64,000 nucleotides of DNA from Patescibacteria group bacterium (GTDB lineage Bacteria > Patescibacteriota > Patescibacteriia > UBA2591 > UBA4787): assembly GCA_028715115.1 (NCBI GenBank), contig JAQUSN010000001.1:385746-449745 (forward strand), written 5' to 3'. Under the pieces are notes generated by a model. The model did no database searches. It was not told where the DNA came from and was given only the letters and a program-made list of their open reading frames with translations. Positions 8,023-18,945 of this stretch are shown piece after piece. Position numbers and translations under genes: made by a program. Position 1 is the stretch's first letter, and the number at the start of each line of letters is the position of its first letter.

Positions 8023-8442
8023 ATGCCGACAATTCATCAACTTATTAAAAAGCAACGCAGAAGTTTACGTTCAAAGTCTAAGGCCCCGGCTTTTCAGACG
8101 ACTTTTAACGTTTTACGACGTAAGAGATTCCAGTTGGCCAGCGGTCGTCCTTTTTTGCGCGGTGTTTGTCTTAAGGTTACGACCATGACACCGAAAAAAC
8201 CGAATTCGGCTCTGCGAAAAATCGCCCGTGTCAGATTGTCAAATGGCATGGAAGTTACTGCTTATATTCCCGGTATCGGTCATAATTTACAAGAACACTC
8301 TATTGTCATGTTGCGCGGTGGCAGAGTAAAAGACTTGCCCGGCGTGCGCTATCATGTGGTTCGTGGAGTTTACGATACAAGTGGCGTCGAAGGTAGAAAG
8401 CAGGCGAGAAGTTTGTATGGCGCCAAGCGAGGCAAAAAATAA
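8023..8442 (+). CDS. rpsL: 30S ribosomal protein S12 (with N-terminal insertion)
   Basis: PTIHQL...[16 protein letters not shown]...[14 protein letters not shown]. Confidence 0.95.
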   Translation: MPTIHQLIKKQRRSLRSKSKAPAFQTTFNVLRRKRFQLASGRPFLRGVCLKVTTMTPKKPNSALRKIARVRLSNGMEVTAYIPGIGHNLQEHSIVMLRGGRVKDLPGVRYHVVRGVYDTSGVEGRKQARSLYGAKRGKK

Positions 8443-8472
8443 AACAATTTTAAAATAATTAATAATTTTTGC

Positions 8473-8952
8473 ATGCGAGGTCATCCACACATTGCCAGAA
8501 AAAAAATTCATCCCGATTCAAAATATAATAACGACAAGATCGCCAAATTTATAAATTATTTAATGGAGCGCGGCAAAAAAGTAGCAGCGCAAAAAATAGT
8601 TTATGGCGCCTTGGATATTATTAAAGAGAAGACCAAGCAAGATCCAGTTAAAATTTTTGAAAAAGCTATCACTAATATTTCGCCGATCGTCGAGGTTAAG
8701 CCCCGCCGAATCGGAGGTGCTAATTATCAGGTGCCATTTCCAGTACCCGAAAATCGCCAATTTACCTTGGCTTCCCGCTGGTTGATTAATGCGGCCGGCA
8801 ATAAAAAGGGCAGGCCAATGGCTCAGAAATTAGCCGAAGAGCTTTTGGCCGCTTTAGATAATCAAGGCGACGCTATTAAAAAGAAAGAAGATATGCATCG
8901 CATGGCTGAATCTAATCGCGCTTTTGCTCACTTTGCCCGTTTTACGCGCTAA
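8473..8952 (+). CDS. rpsG: 30S ribosomal protein S7
   Basis: Gene order rpsL-rpsG-fusA; KFINYLMERGKK...IVEVKPRRIGGANYQVP. Confidence 0.95.
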   Translation: MRGHPHIARKKIHPDSKYNNDKIAKFINYLMERGKKVAAQKIVYGALDIIKEKTKQDPVKIFEKAITNISPIVEVKPRRIGGANYQVPFPVPENRQFTLASRWLINAAGNKKGRPMAQKLAEELLAALDNQGDAIKKKEDMHRMAESNRAFAHFARFTR

Positions 8953-8980
8953 TCTTAATCTCTAAATTTATTATCCTAAA

Positions 8981-11071
8981 ATGCCCAGACAATATCCTTT
9001 AGAAAAAACTCGCAATATCGGCATTATTGCTCACATCGATGCCGGCAAAACAACCGTTAGCGAGCGCATTCTTTTTTATACCGGCAAAAAGCACAAAATA
9101 GGCGAGGTCCACTATGGCGAAGCCGAGATGGACTGGATGCCGCAAGAAAAAGAAAGAGGCATTACCATTACTGCTGCAGCCACGACTTGTTTTTGGACTA
9201 CGTCGGATGGTAATCAGTGCCGAATCAATATTATTGATACACCCGGGCACATTGACTTTACTGCTGAAGTACAGCGATCGCTACGCGTCCTTGATGGCGG
9301 CGTGGTAGTTTTTGACGGTGTGGCCGGAGTGGAACCGCAATCAGAAACAGTTTTTCATCAAGCCGAAAAATTTAGAGTGCCACTCATCGCTTTCATCAAT
9401 AAGATGGATCGTTTGGGTGCCAATTTTTATAATGACTTAAATTCTATTCACGAACGATTAACTCCCAATGCTCATCCGTTGCAGTTACCGATAGGCGCGG
9501 AAGCAGACTTTAAGGGAGTTATTGATTTATTTAAAAGAAAAGCTTATTTATATTTAGATGATTTAGGCAAAGAAATGAAAGAAGGAGACGTGCCGGCTGA
9601 TATGAAAGAAAAAGTTGAAGAGTTTCGCCACAAATTAATCGAAGCTATTGTCGAGCAAGACGATACTTTAATGCACCAATATTTAGAGGGCACTGAACCG
9701 TCGATTGCTGATTTAAAAAAAGTTTTGCGACAAGCTGTTATTACTAATAAAATCATGCCGGTTTTAGTTGGTAGCGCTTTAAAAAATAAAGGCGTCCAAT
9801 TATTATTGGACGGAGTTTGCGATTATTTACCATCTCCGGTTGACATTGCTCCAGCAGAAGGAACCGATCCGGACAGCGGCGAAAAGCTTACTCGCAAGCC
9901 CAGCGACGACGAACCGTTTTCCGCTTTAGCTTTTAAGGTTGCCACTGATCCATTCGTTGGTAAATTATGTTATTTTAGAGTTTACTCCGGTCATTTAGAA
10001 TCCGGTTCTTATGTTTTTAATACTAAGTCCGGCGAAAAAGAAAGAGTAGGCCGTATCGTGCAAATGCATGCTAATCACAGAGCTGAGATACAAGATGTTT
10101 ACGCCGGAGATATTGCCGCTATCGTTGGCTTGAAGTCAACCAGCACTGGCGATACACTTTGCGACCCCGACCATCCAATAGTTTTAGAATCTTTAACCTT
10201 TCCAGAGCCGGTTATTCATATGGCCGTTGAGCCAAAAACTAAAGTTGACCAAGAAAAGTTAGGTATGTCTTTGGCTAAATTAATGGAAGAAGACCCGACT
10301 TTTAGGGTTAGAACCGATGAAGAAACGGGCCAAACTATTATTGCCGGTATGGGCGAATTACATTTGGATATTATTATTGATCGTTTAAAAAGAGAATTTA
10401 AAGTAGAAGCCAACATTGGCAAGCCGCAAGTCGCTTATAAAGAAGCGATTACTAGGCCGATTGAGATCGAAGGAAAATATGTTCATCAATCCGGCGGTCG
10501 CGGGCAATATGGTCACTGCTGGTTAAGACTAACGCCGCGTGAAAGAGGCAAGGGATTTGAATTCTTGGATGAAATTAAAGGCGGCACTATTCCTCGCGAA
10601 TATGTTCCGGCGGTAAAGAAGGGTGTGGAAGAGGCGATGTCTAATGGCGTTATTGCTGGTTATCCTTTAGTTGATATGGAGGTCGCCGTTTACGATGGTT
10701 CATATCACGAAGTTGACTCTTCGGAAATGGCTTTCAAAATCGCCGCACAGCGCGCTATTAAAGATGGTGTGCAGCAAGCTGGTCCTGTTTTGCTCGAACC
10801 GGTCATGAAGATAGAAGTTGTCGTGCCTGATCAATTCATGGGAGAAGTTATTGGTGACTTAAATTCTCGCCGAGCGCAAATAAATGAAACTCGCACTCGT
10901 GGACAAGTAAAATTAATAGATGCTTTTGTTCCGCTGGCTGAGATGTTCGGCTACGCCACGATTTTAAGATCGGTTACCGAAGGCCGTGGCTCATATTCCA
11001 TGGAATTTTCTCATTACAATGAAGTGCCGAGAAATGTTCAGGAAAAAATCATTGGCGACAAGAAAATTTAG
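8981..11071 (+). CDS. fusA: Elongation factor G
   Basis: [17 protein letters not shown] and NKMDR GTPase motifs; 696 aa. Confidence 0.97.
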   Translation: MPRQYPLEKTRNIGIIAHIDAGKTTVSERILFYTGKKHKIGEVHYGEAEMDWMPQEKERGITITAAATTCFWTTSDGNQCRINIIDTPGHIDFTAEVQRSLRVLDGGVVVFDGVAGVEPQSETVFHQAEKFRVPLIAFINKMDRLGANFYNDLNSIHERLTPNAHPLQLPIGAEADFKGVIDLFKRKAYLYLDDLGKEMKEGDVPADMKEKVEEFRHKLIEAIVEQDDTLMHQYLEGTEPSIADLKKVLRQAVITNKIMPVLVGSALKNKGVQLLLDGVCDYLPSPVDIAPAEGTDPDSGEKLTRKPSDDEPFSALAFKVATDPFVGKLCYFRVYSGHLESGSYVFNTKSGEKERVGRIVQMHANHRAEIQDVYAGDIAAIVGLKSTSTGDTLCDPDHPIVLESLTFPEPVIHMAVEPKTKVDQEKLGMSLAKLMEEDPTFRVRTDEETGQTIIAGMGELHLDIIIDRLKREFKVEANIGKPQVAYKEAITRPIEIEGKYVHQSGGRGQYGHCWLRLTPRERGKGFEFLDEIKGGTIPREYVPAVKKGVEEAMSNGVIAGYPLVDMEVAVYDGSYHEVDSSEMAFKIAAQRAIKDGVQQAGPVLLEPVMKIEVVVPDQFMGEVIGDLNSRRAQINETRTRGQVKLIDAFVPLAEMFGYATILRSVTEGRGSYSMEFSHYNEVPRNVQEKIIGDKKI

Positions 11072-11106
11072 AGATATTAGTTATTAACAATTAAATAACA
11101 TCAGCA

Positions 11107-11134
11107 TTGACAATTAATTTTTATTGTGTATAAT
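11107..11134 (+). promoter_or_regulatory. Internal promoter for tuf (TTGACA-16-TGnTATAAT) with an AAAGAGG RBS
   Basis: TTGACA at 11107-11112 and an extended -10 TGTATAAT at 11127-11134. Confidence 0.55.
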
Positions 11135-11226
11135 TTTAGGATTATTTTACATTTAATTTACTAACAAAAATTTAATCAAGACAATCGAAATATCAAGGAT
11201 GTTTCGAAAGTAAAAAGAGGTTATTT

Positions 11227-12432
11227 ATGGCAGAAAAAGCTAAATTTAATCGTAGTAAAACCCACGTTAACGTTGGTACTATTGGCCACGTTGACCACGG
11301 TAAAACTACTTTGACAGCTGCGATTTTAAAATGTTTAGGCGCGGCCGGTAAGGTTGCCGACCAGAAAGGCGTTGACCAAATTGATAATGCCCCAGAAGAA
11401 AAGGAAAGAGGTATTACTATTAATTTGGCTCACGTTGAGTATGAATCGGAAAAACGACACTATGCTCACATTGATTGTCCCGGCCATGCTGACTATATTA
11501 AGAACATGATTACTGGTGCGGCCCAGATGGACGGCACGATTTTGGTCGTGTCTGCTCCAGACGGTCCAATGCCTCAGACCAGAGAGCACATTATTTTGGC
11601 TCGTCAGGTCGGTGTGCCAGCTATCGTCGTTTTCTTAAATAAGGTTGATATGGTTGAAGATAAAGAATTGTTGGACTTAGTTAAAGAAGAAGTCCGCGAT
11701 TTGTTAAAAAAATATGAATTCCCTGGCGACGAAATACCGATCATCGAGGGCTCAGCTCTTAAAGCTTTGGAGTGCGGTTGCGGCAAAGCTGACTGCAAGT
11801 GGTGTGGTCCGATTTTGAAATTAATCGAGGCCTTAGATAGCTATGTTCCAGAGCCAAAGAGAGATACCGATAAACCGTTTATTATGCCTATCGAAGACAT
11901 TTTCTCCATCGAAGGCAGAGGCACAGTGGTTACCGGTAAAATCGAACGAGGTATTATTAAGGTAAACGAAGAAGTTGAGATCGTCGGCTTAAAACCAACG
12001 ACCAAAACTGTCGTTACTGGCATTGAAATGTTTAGAAAGACCCTTGATGAAGGTCAAGCGGGCGACAATGCCGGTATCTTATTGCGCGGTACCAAGAAAG
12101 AAGATATTGAACGGGGTCAGGTTATTGCCAAGCCCGGTTCTATCACTCCTCACACCGATTTTGAAAGTCAAATTTACGTTCTTTCAAAAGAGGAAGGCGG
12201 CCGTCACACCCCATTCTTTAATGGTTACAAGCCGCAGTTTTATATCAGAACTACTGATGTAACCGGCGACGTGACCTTGCCGCAAGGAACTGAAATGGCT
12301 ATGCCTGGTGATACTTTAAACGTCAATATTAAATTAATTAAACCAATCGCCCTTGAAGAGAAACAGAAATTCGCTATTCGTGAAGGTGGCAAGACGGTTG
12401 GCGCAGGTGTGGTCACTAAAATTAATAAGTAG
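11227..12432 (+). CDS. tuf: Elongation factor Tu with a Cys4 insertion ([13 protein letters not shown]) in domain 1
   Basis: [17 protein letters not shown] and NKVD motifs; a CxC..CxxC insertion at the position where E. coli has GDAEWEAK. Confidence 0.97.
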   Translation: MAEKAKFNRSKTHVNVGTIGHVDHGKTTLTAAILKCLGAAGKVADQKGVDQIDNAPEEKERGITINLAHVEYESEKRHYAHIDCPGHADYIKNMITGAAQMDGTILVVSAPDGPMPQTREHIILARQVGVPAIVVFLNKVDMVEDKELLDLVKEEVRDLLKKYEFPGDEIPIIEGSALKALECGCGKADCKWCGPILKLIEALDSYVPEPKRDTDKPFIMPIEDIFSIEGRGTVVTGKIERGIIKVNEEVEIVGLKPTTKTVVTGIEMFRKTLDEGQAGDNAGILLRGTKKEDIERGQVIAKPGSITPHTDFESQIYVLSKEEGGRHTPFFNGYKPQFYIRTTDVTGDVTLPQGTEMAMPGDTLNVNIKLIKPIALEEKQKFAIREGGKTVGAGVVTKINK

Positions 12433-12439
12433 TTTTGAT

Positions 12440-12495
12440 TGCTATCTCTGCCATTCGTCATTCGCCAACCGGCGAAGGCGAAGGTGGATTGCTAA
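12440..12495. repeat. GC-rich TTCGCC/GGCGAA hairpin element downstream of tuf (terminator-like)
   Basis: CCATTCGTCATTCGCCAACCGGCGAAGGCGAAGGTGG imperfect palindrome. Confidence 0.4.
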
Positions 12496-12533
12496 AGATT
12501 TTTATTCTTTAGCTACCTAAGCTCGCTCTTTTT

Positions 12534-12905
12534 ATGGTTAACGAAGAAAAGACCAAAAAGAAAATCCAGATAGTTCAACCCACTAAAGAGGCTAATTATA
12601 AGCCGAGGATTCGCATTAAAGTAAAATCGTATGACCACAGGGTTATTGATGAAGCCATAAAAAATATTGTGGAAACAATAAAACGATCAGGAGCGAGCGT
12701 AGTTGGACCAATACCTTTGCCAACGGAAATAAGAAAATATACAGTATTGCGTTCGACTTTCGTCCATAAAGATTCACGCGATCAATTCGAAACCAGAGTT
12801 CACAAGCGTTTAATAGATATCGTTGACTTTACTCCAAAGACAATCGAACTCATCACGAGCTTGAATTTGCCTGCTGGAGTCGACATCGAGATTAAATCTC
12901 TATAA
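12534..12905 (+). CDS. rpsJ: 30S ribosomal protein S10
   Basis: [17 protein letters not shown]...[13 protein letters not shown]; the true start may be internal to the listed ORF. Confidence 0.9.
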   Translation: MVNEEKTKKKIQIVQPTKEANYKPRIRIKVKSYDHRVIDEAIKNIVETIKRSGASVVGPIPLPTEIRKYTVLRSTFVHKDSRDQFETRVHKRLIDIVDFTPKTIELITSLNLPAGVDIEIKSL

Positions 12906-13073
12906 CCTTATAATATAGTTCTTAACCAATGCGCTGGTGAAGATGATAGTTATAATTTCGGTTCGCCGAAGAATGTAGCTATCGTATCACTATGCCGAGA
13001 GGTTATTTGTAGGTCAGAAAAATTTAAGATTTAGATTCGACTTGTTCGAAAGTGATTTGTTAATCTAAATAAT

Positions 13074-13106
13074 AAAAATCTGGCCTAAAAACCAGATTTT
13101 TGTTTA
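13074..13106 (+). terminator. Rho-independent terminator in the unusual 208-nt rpsJ-rplC spacer
   Basis: AAATCTGGCC-TAAAAA-CCAGATTT plus TTTGTTT. Confidence 0.5.
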
Positions 13107-13113
13107 TTATAAT

Positions 13114-13704
13114 ATGGCCTTTTTACTAGGTAAAAAAATTGGTTTAACGCAGATTTTTAGAAACGATGAAGTCGTTCCGGTTACTATACTTCAAGCCGGG
13201 CCGTGTTATGTTTTACAGATAAAGAACAAAGAAAAAGACGGTTATGAGGCGATTCAGATTGGTTATCAGAAGATTACTAAAGCCAAAAGAATCACCAAAG
13301 CAATGAAAGGCAAAGAATATCGCTTTATTAAGGAATTTAAACCGCAAGGAGTAGAATATAAGGTGGGCGATGAAATTAAAGTTGATATTTTCAAAACAGA
13401 TCAAAAAATAAATATTAGCGGAATAACCAAGGGCCATGGATTCACGGGCGTAGTTGCTCGCCATGGCTTTCATGGTCATAATACGACTCACGGTACCAAA
13501 GATCAAGAAAGAATGCCCGGTTCAATCGGTTCAACTGCAGCTCAGCGCGTCCTCAAGGGCAGACGCATGGCTGGACGCATGGGCGCCGAGAGAGCAACAA
13601 TTAAAAATTTACAAATTATCGAAATTCAGCCTGACAAAAATTTATTGCTAGTTAAAGGCGCCGTGCCGGGAGCTAATCATGGCCTTATTGAAATTAAAGC
13701 TTAA
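13114..13704 (+). CDS. rplC: 50S ribosomal protein L3
   Basis: GxTKGHGFTGVVARHGF motif. Confidence 0.95.
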   Translation: MAFLLGKKIGLTQIFRNDEVVPVTILQAGPCYVLQIKNKEKDGYEAIQIGYQKITKAKRITKAMKGKEYRFIKEFKPQGVEYKVGDEIKVDIFKTDQKINISGITKGHGFTGVVARHGFHGHNTTHGTKDQERMPGSIGSTAAQRVLKGRRMAGRMGAERATIKNLQIIEIQPDKNLLLVKGAVPGANHGLIEIKA

Positions 13705-13712
13705 AATTTTAT

Positions 13713-14348
13713 ATGTCAATCAAAGTCGCGATTTACAGCCAAACCGGAGAAAAGACAGGGGAGATGGATTTATCTTCTGAGGTTTTTGGTGTTGAACCGA
13801 AAGCAGAATTAATTCAGCGATCGGTTGTAGCCAGCCAGGCTAATATACGCCAAGCGACCGCTCACACCAAACATAGGGGCGAGGTTCGTGGCGGCGGTAA
13901 AAAACCGTGGCAGCAAAAGGGTACAGGTCGCGCTCGAGCCGGCTCTTCCCGTTCACCACTTTGGCGCGGTGGCGGCGTAGTTTTTGGCCCGCGCAATGAT
14001 AAAAATTATACGCAAAAAATCAACAAGAAAGTCCAGCGGCAGATTTTATTGATGACCTTGTCCGATAAGGTAAAAAATGATCATTTAATTATCGTTGATA
14101 ATTTAGATTTTTCAAATTTAAAAACCAAAGAATTTTCTCAATTTATAAAAAAGTTGCCGATCAAAGATAAAAAATGTTTATTCTTATATCGTTCGGCCGA
14201 AAAAAACACCCATCGCATTGCTAAAAATATTAAAAATGTGCTTTCGACGGCGGTTAACAATATTAGCTTCATGAATATTTTAAATAATAATTATTTATTA
14301 GCGAGTCAGGAGGCCATTAAAGAGGTTGAAAAAAATTTAAAAAAATAG
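13713..14348 (+). CDS. rplD: 50S ribosomal protein L4
   Basis: Operon position; RGGGKKPWQQKGTGRAR motif. Confidence 0.9.
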   Translation: MSIKVAIYSQTGEKTGEMDLSSEVFGVEPKAELIQRSVVASQANIRQATAHTKHRGEVRGGGKKPWQQKGTGRARAGSSRSPLWRGGGVVFGPRNDKNYTQKINKKVQRQILLMTLSDKVKNDHLIIVDNLDFSNLKTKEFSQFIKKLPIKDKKCLFLYRSAEKNTHRIAKNIKNVLSTAVNNISFMNILNNNYLLASQEAIKEVEKNLKK

Positions 14349-14360
14349 ACGTAGTTTTAT

Positions 14361-14753
14361 ATGTTATTTAATAAAAAGCAAAAAAAGACAGATGCGAAGC
14401 CAAAAGAGGTTAAAGAGCAACCTCAAGAAGTTGGTGTTTCTTCGAAACAGGCCGGCCAAGTAAAGACAGCCAAGAATGTTTATAGGGTATTAATGAAGCC
14501 CATTATCACCGAAAAAGCGACTACTTTGAGCGCTTTTAATAAATATATTTTCGAGGTTGCGCCACAAACGACCAAATCAGAAGTTTATAAGGCCGTTAAA
14601 GAATTATATAATTTTAAGCCGATTGACATAAATATGCTTAAAGTAAAAGGTAAAAACGTCCGTTACGGCCGCTCGACTGGTCGAACGAAAAACTGGAAAA
14701 AAGCAATCGTGACCTTAAAAAAGGGAGATAAAATTAATTTTACCACTCACTAA
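14361..14753 (+). CDS. rplW: 50S ribosomal protein L23 (Lys-rich N-terminal extension)
   Basis: Operon position; VLMKPIITEKAT core. Confidence 0.85.
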   Translation: MLFNKKQKKTDAKPKEVKEQPQEVGVSSKQAGQVKTAKNVYRVLMKPIITEKATTLSAFNKYIFEVAPQTTKSEVYKAVKELYNFKPIDINMLKVKGKNVRYGRSTGRTKNWKKAIVTLKKGDKINFTTH

Positions 14754-14758
14754 AAATT

Positions 14759-15586
14759 ATGTTAAAGTTTTATAAGCCAACTACGCCAGGACGAAGACAG
14801 ACCAGTATTGTTGACACTTCGTCTTTAACCAAAAAAAGACCAGAAAAAAGTCTAACGGTTTATCTTAAAGAAAAATCAGGTCGCAATAATCAAGGGCAGG
14901 TTACTCTTCGTCATCAGGGCGGCGGTATGAAAAAACTTTATCGCCAAATAGATTTTAAACAAAATAAGTTTGATTTAGTCGCTAAAGTTATTGCAATTGA
15001 ATATGATCCGAATCGCACCGCCTGGATTGCTTTGATTTGCTTTCCAGATGGAGAAAAACGATATGTCTTAGCTCCGCATGGGCTTAAAGTTGGAGATAAA
15101 ATCGTCTCTTCTTTAAATAAACTAGAAGCCAAGCCGGGCAATCGCATGCCGTTAAAATATATCCCGACTAGTTATTTGGTTCACAGTATCGAATTAACGC
15201 CTGGCGAAGGAGCAAAAATAGTTCGTTCAGCTGGTTCGGGTGCTTCATTAATGACCGTTGAAGGCGGCCATGCCCAGTTAAAATTACCTTCGGGTGAAGT
15301 TCGTTTGGTCTCAGAAAATTGTTGCGCCAGCGTTGGTCAATTAAGTAATGTTGATTGGCATTTAGTTCGCTGGGGCAAGGCCGGACGCATGAGACTAAGA
15401 GGTATTCGTCCTTCGGTGCGCGGTAAGGCTATGAATCCAGTCGATCATCCGCACGGTGGCGGTGAAGGCCACCAGCCAATCGGTTTAGTCCATCCCAAGA
15501 CTCCATGGGGCAAGCCAGCTTTGGGCGTAAAAACCAGAAATAGAAAGAAATGGACCAATAAATTCATTTTAAAACGACGTAAATAA
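14759..15586 (+). CDS. rplB: 50S ribosomal protein L2
   Basis: GRNNQGQVT..HQGGG and PVDHPHGGGEG motifs. Confidence 0.97.
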   Translation: MLKFYKPTTPGRRQTSIVDTSSLTKKRPEKSLTVYLKEKSGRNNQGQVTLRHQGGGMKKLYRQIDFKQNKFDLVAKVIAIEYDPNRTAWIALICFPDGEKRYVLAPHGLKVGDKIVSSLNKLEAKPGNRMPLKYIPTSYLVHSIELTPGEGAKIVRSAGSGASLMTVEGGHAQLKLPSGEVRLVSENCCASVGQLSNVDWHLVRWGKAGRMRLRGIRPSVRGKAMNPVDHPHGGGEGHQPIGLVHPKTPWGKPALGVKTRNRKKWTNKFILKRRK

Positions 15587-15695
15587 AGAGTTCTTAACTT
15601 TTTTACTCGCTTCACTTGGCAATAAAAAAATAACACAAATAAAAAATTAAATTGGTAAAATTCGTTAATAATTTGTAATAAATTTACACAATACT

Positions 15696-16037
15696 ATGAG
15701 CCGAAGTTTAAAAAAGGGCCCTTGGGTTGATCCAAAGTTGCTCAAAAAAATATCTAATAGTAAGCCGGGTACAGTCATTAACACCTGGTCGCGAGATTGT
15801 ACTATTGTTCCGGAGATGATTGGTTTTACTTTTGGCGTTCATAACGGCAAAAACCACCACCCGGTTTTAGTTGTCGAAGAAATGATCGGGCACAAATTGG
15901 GAGAGTTTGCCCCGACTCGCAAATTTGTCCGCCACGGAGGCAAGATGCAGCGCGAGATAGAGGCTGCCGCTGCGCAAGCCGGCGTGGTAAAGCCAGCAGT
16001 TACAGCCGCGGCTACTCCAGCTAAGCCAGCTAAGTAA
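15696..16037 (+). CDS. rpsS: 30S ribosomal protein S19 (Ala-rich C-terminal extension)
   Basis: [11 protein letters not shown]...[13 protein letters not shown]. Confidence 0.9.
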   Translation: MSRSLKKGPWVDPKLLKKISNSKPGTVINTWSRDCTIVPEMIGFTFGVHNGKNHHPVLVVEEMIGHKLGEFAPTRKFVRHGGKMQREIEAAAAQAGVVKPAVTAAATPAKPAK

Positions 16038-16054
16038 AATTTTAATTTAATAAT

Positions 16055-16582
16055 ATGGAAGTAAGAGCCATCGCCAGACATTTAAGGATTTCACCAAAAA
16101 AAATGCGCCTAGTCGTTGACGTAGTGCGTAATTTAAGCGTGACTCAAGCTGAAGATCAATTGCAATTCGTGCCGCGTCGGGGAAGCGCCTTTATTCTTAA
16201 GGTTCTTCGCTCGGCCTTAGCCAATGCCGAATATAATTTCAATTTTAAAAAAGATAATTTGTTTATTAAAAAAATAATCGTTAATGAAGGGCCGGCCCTA
16301 AAGCGCTGGATGCCCAAAGCTTTTGGTCGCGCAACTCCTCTTAAGAAAAGAAGTTCGCATTTAGAAATAATTTTAGCCGAATACAAACCAACGGCTAAAA
16401 TAGAAAAAAATAAGGCAGTCGAAGCGAATAAGATTAAAACCGACGGAGAGGCCGTGGTTGAGAACGAACTCAAAGAGCGAAGAGATTCAGGCAAAAAGCA
16501 CCTCATAGACGCCAAGGATAAGAAAATAAAACCCAAAAGAGCCGGAGTTAAGTCCAAAATTTTTAGTCGCAAAGCAATTTAA
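16055..16582 (+). CDS. rplV: 50S ribosomal protein L22 (Lys-rich C-terminal extension)
   Basis: Operon position; ISPKKMRLVVD core. Confidence 0.9.
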   Translation: MEVRAIARHLRISPKKMRLVVDVVRNLSVTQAEDQLQFVPRRGSAFILKVLRSALANAEYNFNFKKDNLFIKKIIVNEGPALKRWMPKAFGRATPLKKRSSHLEIILAEYKPTAKIEKNKAVEANKIKTDGEAVVENELKERRDSGKKHLIDAKDKKIKPKRAGVKSKIFSRKAI

Positions 16583-16596
16583 TAAAAACAAATATT

Positions 16597-17256
16597 ATGG
16601 GTCAGAAGATTAATCCAAAAATTTTACGCATTCCGACAACCAGAGATTGGGAAGAGAAGTGGTTTGCCAAAAAACAATCCTTTCGCCAATTCTTAAGAGA
16701 AGATATTCAAATTAGAAAATTATTAACTAAGAAGTTAAAGGGCGCTAGTGTTGATAAGACAATCATTGAACGTTCTGGTAATGCGATAAAGATTTTTATT
16801 TCTACGGCTAAGCCGGGCGTGATTATCGGCCGGGGTGGCGTTGATGCCGAAAAATTGAAAAAAGATATTCAACAAATATTATTACCGGGCCAGGTTGTTG
16901 ATTTAAATATTTCCGAAGTGCCGAGTCCGTTTTTGTCAGCTCAAATAGTTTTAGAGGCCATCGTAGCTGACTTGGAAAAAAGAGTTTCTTATCGTCGAGC
17001 CATGAAACGAGCTATGGATCAAGTGAAAAAAGGCGGGGCCGGGGGCGTGAAAATTAAATTAAGCGGTCGTTTAGATGGCGTAGAAATCGCCCGTCGCGAA
17101 ACTTTAACCTGGGGCAAAATGCCGCTTCATACCATTCGCGCAGATATAGATTACTCACGTGGCGCTGCCCATACAATGTATGGAGCTGTCGGAGTTAAGG
17201 TTTGGATTTATCGTGGTGAAATTTTTAATAAAATCAAAAAAGAAGTTAAAAAATAG
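16597..17256 (+). CDS. rpsC: 30S ribosomal protein S3
   Basis: [12 protein letters not shown] and the KH domain. Confidence 0.95.
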   Translation: MGQKINPKILRIPTTRDWEEKWFAKKQSFRQFLREDIQIRKLLTKKLKGASVDKTIIERSGNAIKIFISTAKPGVIIGRGGVDAEKLKKDIQQILLPGQVVDLNISEVPSPFLSAQIVLEAIVADLEKRVSYRRAMKRAMDQVKKGGAGGVKIKLSGRLDGVEIARRETLTWGKMPLHTIRADIDYSRGAAHTMYGAVGVKVWIYRGEIFNKIKKEVKK

Positions 17257-17270
17257 CAAAATCCATATTT

Positions 17271-17687
17271 ATGTTGATGCCGAAAAAAGTAAAATTTCGC
17301 AAAGTCCATAAGGGCAGAAATCGTTTTGGCGGTAAAGCGACCAGAAAGATAGAGATTGCTTTTGGCGAATATGGACTAAAGAGCTTAGAGACTAAATGGA
17401 TAACGGCACGTCAAATTGAAGCTGCCCGTCGAGCTATTGTTCGTTTATTTAAAAAAGGCGGCAAAATATGGACCAGAATTTTTCCTGATAAATCTGTGAC
17501 GACCAAAAGCGCTGAAGTTCCGATGGGTGGCGGTAAGGGCGCGGTTGATTATTATGTTGCTCCAATTAAAGCCGGCACTATTATGTTTGAGGTTTCTGGC
17601 GTAGACGAAGCGACGGCTAAAGAAGCCATGCGTTTGGCTGGACATAAATTGTCGGTTAAAACGAGGTTTGTTAAAAAAGAAAAATAA
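17271..17687 (+). CDS. rplP: 50S ribosomal protein L16
   Basis: [16 protein letters not shown] start. Confidence 0.95.
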   Translation: MLMPKKVKFRKVHKGRNRFGGKATRKIEIAFGEYGLKSLETKWITARQIEAARRAIVRLFKKGGKIWTRIFPDKSVTTKSAEVPMGGGKGAVDYYVAPIKAGTIMFEVSGVDEATAKEAMRLAGHKLSVKTRFVKKEK

Positions 17688-17689
17688 AT

Positions 17690-17872
17690 ATGAAAACAAA
17701 AGAATTAAGACCAAAATCAGAAATAGAATTAAAAAGAACGTTGGCCGAAGATCGAGAAAAATTACGCCAATTAAGATTTGATATTCATTTAAAACAATCA
17801 AAAAACGTGCGTGAAATTAGAAAAATTAAAAAAGAAATCGCGCGATTAATCACGCTTTTAAAAGAAAAATAA
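17690..17872 (+). CDS. rpmC: 50S ribosomal protein L29
   Basis: Operon position; 60 aa helical K/E-rich protein with LRFDIHLKQ. Confidence 0.85.
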   Translation: MKTKELRPKSEIELKRTLAEDREKLRQLRFDIHLKQSKNVREIRKIKKEIARLITLLKEK

Positions 17873-17894
17873 AGGGTTTCACCCTTTGTTGCCG

Positions 17895-17950
17895 GTGCTT
17901 CCACCATTCGCCTTCGCCAGTTGGCGAATAGCAAGGACGAAGGCGGATCG
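17895..17950. repeat. GC-rich palindromic hairpin element (core TTCGCCAGTTGGCGAA), inverted relative to the 6473 copy
   Basis: CCACCATTCGCCTTCGCCAGTTGGCGAATAGCAAGGACGAAGGCGGATCGG; shares GATCCGCCTTCGCCAGTTGGCGAA with the 6473 element. It follows a small AAAGGGT-TTC-ACCCTTT hairpin after rpmC. Confidence 0.45.
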
Positions 17951-18006
17951 GAAAAGAAAAAAATAATTTTTTTTCTCGCTCGCTCGCTTAAAAATAAATA
18001 AATATT

Positions 18007-18249
18007 ATGAAAAGAAGATTTCAAGGAATTGTAGTTTCTGACAAGATGGCCAAAACCATCGTGGTTGTAGTTGAAGAAATCAAACAACACTCTAAATATT
18101 TACGTCGATATAAAATTCAGAAAAAATTTAAAGTTCATGACGAGAATAAACAAGCCAAGGCGGGGGACTTGGTTATTTTCGAGGAATGCCGACCCTTAAG
18201 CAAGGGTAAAAGATGGCAATTGGTTGAAGTAGTTGTTAGTAAAAAATAA
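18007..18249 (+). CDS. rpsQ: 30S ribosomal protein S17
   Basis: [16 protein letters not shown] start. Confidence 0.9.
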   Translation: MKRRFQGIVVSDKMAKTIVVVVEEIKQHSKYLRRYKIQKKFKVHDENKQAKAGDLVIFEECRPLSKGKRWQLVEVVVSKK

Positions 18250-18359
18250 TTTTGGCCATCCCATAAAAGTTGACTGCTGTCGGCTCACGGGATGCGCAAA
18301 ATTGTAAGAAAGTTTATTTCTTTGTTAGTTGGCGAATCATAAATTTTAACAATTTTAGC

Positions 18360-18731
18360 ATGATACAACATCGATCAATACTTAATTCAGCAGACAATAC
18401 CGGAGCACAAAAGTTAATGTGTATCCGCGTTCACGGTGGCTATAAACGACGCTATGCTCGTTTGGGAGACGTGATTACGGTTGTCGTTAAAAGTGCTTTA
18501 CCGCACAATATGGTTAAGAAAAGCGAAATTCATAAAGCCGTCATTGTCCGTACCAAAAAAGAAACCCGCCGAGCAGACGGTTCTTATATTAGATTTGACG
18601 ATAACGCGGCGGTTATTATTGATCCGAAGAGCAAAGATCCTAAGGGTACGAGAATTTTTGGGCCGATCGCGCGCGAAATAAGGAATAACGGTTTTATGAA
18701 AATAATTTCTTTAGCCCCAGAAGTTCTGTAA
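18360..18731 (+). CDS. rplN: 50S ribosomal protein L14 (start corrected to MIQHRS)
   Basis: [18 protein letters not shown]...GDVITVVVK; the track ORF 18270 begins upstream in non-homologous sequence. Confidence 0.95.
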   Translation: MIQHRSILNSADNTGAQKLMCIRVHGGYKRRYARLGDVITVVVKSALPHNMVKKSEIHKAVIVRTKKETRRADGSYIRFDDNAAVIIDPKSKDPKGTRIFGPIAREIRNNGFMKIISLAPEVL

Positions 18732-18770
18732 GTGATTTTCTTGGAATTTTCAAACCAAAGGAGCAGAAAA

Positions 18771-18905
18771 TTCTTTAGAAAATCCTTACCCCCTCACTCA
18801 TTTTGCTAATTTAGTCAGCTCTATAACTATTCATCAATATAATTAAAGTAGTTTGATAAAAATTATTAGATTTTTGAGTGAAGGGGTGCTCAAAATTCTA
18901 AGAAA
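18771..18905. repeat. Long inverted-repeat element (arms TTAGAAAATCCTTACCCCCTCACTCA / TGAGTGAAGGGGTGCTCAAAATTCTAA) with a TATAAT in its loop, in the rplN-rplX spacer
   Basis: 27-nt arms separated by about 75 nt; a third arm copy lies at 20518-20545 and a related hairpin at 24957-25023. Confidence 0.5.
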
Positions 18906-18945
18906 ATTTATTCACTACGTTCTAAAATTTTAAGAATTTTGGCAT

